Positions 62,296-64,000 of a stretch of 64,000 nucleotides of DNA are shown here, piece after piece. How positions within the stretch are numbered: position 1 is the first letter of the stretch; every line of letters starts with the position of its first letter. The stretch lies in assembly GCF_009914755.1 (NCBI RefSeq), contig NC_060929.1. One strand, given 5' to 3'. The notes beneath the pieces were generated by a model that saw only the letters and a list, made by a program, of their open reading frames with translations, searched no databases and was not told the origin of the DNA. Both the position numbers and the translations under genes were made by a program. Source of the stretch: the human T2T-CHM13v2.0 reference genome, Homo sapiens.

Positions 62296-62639
62296 TGTCA
62301 GCATTCCAGATAGTGAATAATGAATAATAACATGGATTGGGTTGAGGAGGATTGCTCAAGTAGGGAATTAAGGTATGGAAGTCATGCTGAATGTTCACTT
62401 AATTCTCATTCAAGTTTCCACAGGGCTCTCAGTTTTCTTCAAATTCTCTTCAATGATATGGATCTAATATAAAATCCAAAGGAAAAAATCCATGATGCAT
62501 GTGTGGTAAATCTAACTTAGGTCTACTAAAAAGAGTTAGCAGCAGCATTAAGTAGAGCTATGTTTCCAGTATTTGACCCTCCAAACTTACAGAGTCTTAG
62601 CTTCTGTCTTATCTACTCTAATCTAGTAATAATATTATA

Positions 62640-62800
62640 TATAGTAAGTTTAACACTTGATAATTTCCAAAGTGCTTTCACGTACCTGATTTCATATGAT
62701 CTTATAAATAATCCTATGAAGTAGCAGAGCGTCATAGAGAAAAAAACTGAGTCTCAGAAAAGTTACAAAAATTGCTCAGGATTAAGGAACTAGGGGAAAA
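62640..62800 (-). mobile_element. MIR
   Basis: aagtgctttcac...aatcctatgaagtag...aaactgagtctcagaaaagtta. Confidence 0.65.
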
Positions 62801-64000
62801 AGTATTTAATTCAAGCAAGTAGAAGACTAGACCTGCTACCCTGATTTGGGAGCCAAGATCTAAGTATGTGTATGGAACACACATGATACATTATACTCTA
62901 ATCACTGACCATGTGACACAGAGTCTGTGTGTGCCACTCTCTAAGGAACCAAGATTCAGGTGTATATTAAACATTATGCTCCTAAGTGTTACACTATTTT
63001 GCTTTTTAAATACCCTCTTCTGAAAATCTTGCATTTTTATTATACTCTGGATAATCACTAAAGACTATCCCAAGGACTAGTCTCAGGAGCCTTGTAATTT
63101 TTTAAATGTTAAACAAAGTAGGTGCTATTTCAAAGTCCTTTAAGGTTTGATTTAATGAATGCCAAGCATCTCAAATCCACAGGAAATTTTTTTAACACAA
63201 CACTGTTGGATATCTTCTGAAAAGGAAAGTTAACATATGCACCAAATGGAATTCTCATTTGGTGAGCTCCAAGATACTGCTTGTCAGACAGAGGAGGTTT
63301 CTTGCTGTTGCTGTTGTTTAGTGTGCCCAAACACTGAATATTATTTATACAAAAAAACAAGCTTTTAGAAATTCTATGCCCTGTTCTTTGCCACTAACCA
63401 TGCCTCCCCAACCATTGGAATAGTTCCATCTCCTTTTAACAACTTCCCATTAAACCTCATGAACCATATCCTGTACTTAATGGGCTGTTAATATTTTAAA
63501 GCTTCTGTAGTTCTACTGTAAATCCCTGGTCCCATTTGCAACATTGAAAAGATATACCAAAAAAATCGTCCCAGCCAATGATACAAAGAAACAATATAAC
63601 TTAAATTTTGACATTCAGCAATAACTTGTACTATTAACAATAGACTCAATCATAACGGTGTAACAGGCACAGTAACTATGACAGCTATATATCTGAAAAC
63701 ACTAAGTAGGGTTGGGAACATACAAACATTTAACTGGCTTCAAGCCACATACTTGTCACATTAGCCCAGCATAAGCCACAATACACTTGCTTAATCACTA
63801 ACATGGCACTTCAGTTCTTAAAAAATAAATACATAAAATTAAGGTAATATGCCAATAAAGTTTAACCTGATTATTTATTTCATCATAGGAAATTTACAGA
63901 AATAAAAAAATGAAGTAAACTAGTTAATTATCTCAAAAAAAGCAAACTAGAACTCTAAATACATTTTGTACAACCTTCCTTTTGGGGAGAAATTGAATAA

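Overview
AT-rich, repeat-dense mammalian DNA, from a great ape or human by inference: it has AluY, AluS, AluJ and FAM copies plus a full-length L1PA3-type LINE-1 carrying the 129-bp 5'UTR deletion. It reads as intronic or intergenic. I recognise no intact host protein-coding gene, RNA gene or CRISPR array, and nearly all ORFs in the track are L1, Alu or LTR fragments or chance frames. Main content: four large LINE-1 copies, all on + (one full-length L1PA3 nested inside an Alu, three old L1PB/L1MA-type copies), about 15 Alu-family elements, MaLR/ERV LTRs (THE1B, MSTA, MLT1C, a two-LTR MLT1A0 provirus, MLT1H/J-like, LTR16C, LTR37-like), L2/L3/MIR relics and small DNA transposons (MADE2, MER63A, MER45). 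Several minus-strand exon-like segments suggest an unidentified spliced transcript; the best is 2069-1812, 258 nt and fully open. The most notable structural observations are two old L1 copies 11 kb apart that share private indels, a 46-bp templated copy of a local L1 segment, and a trimeric Alu chimera. Subfamily calls come from recalled consensus sequences, not from a search. I found no evidence of a genuinely new biological system.
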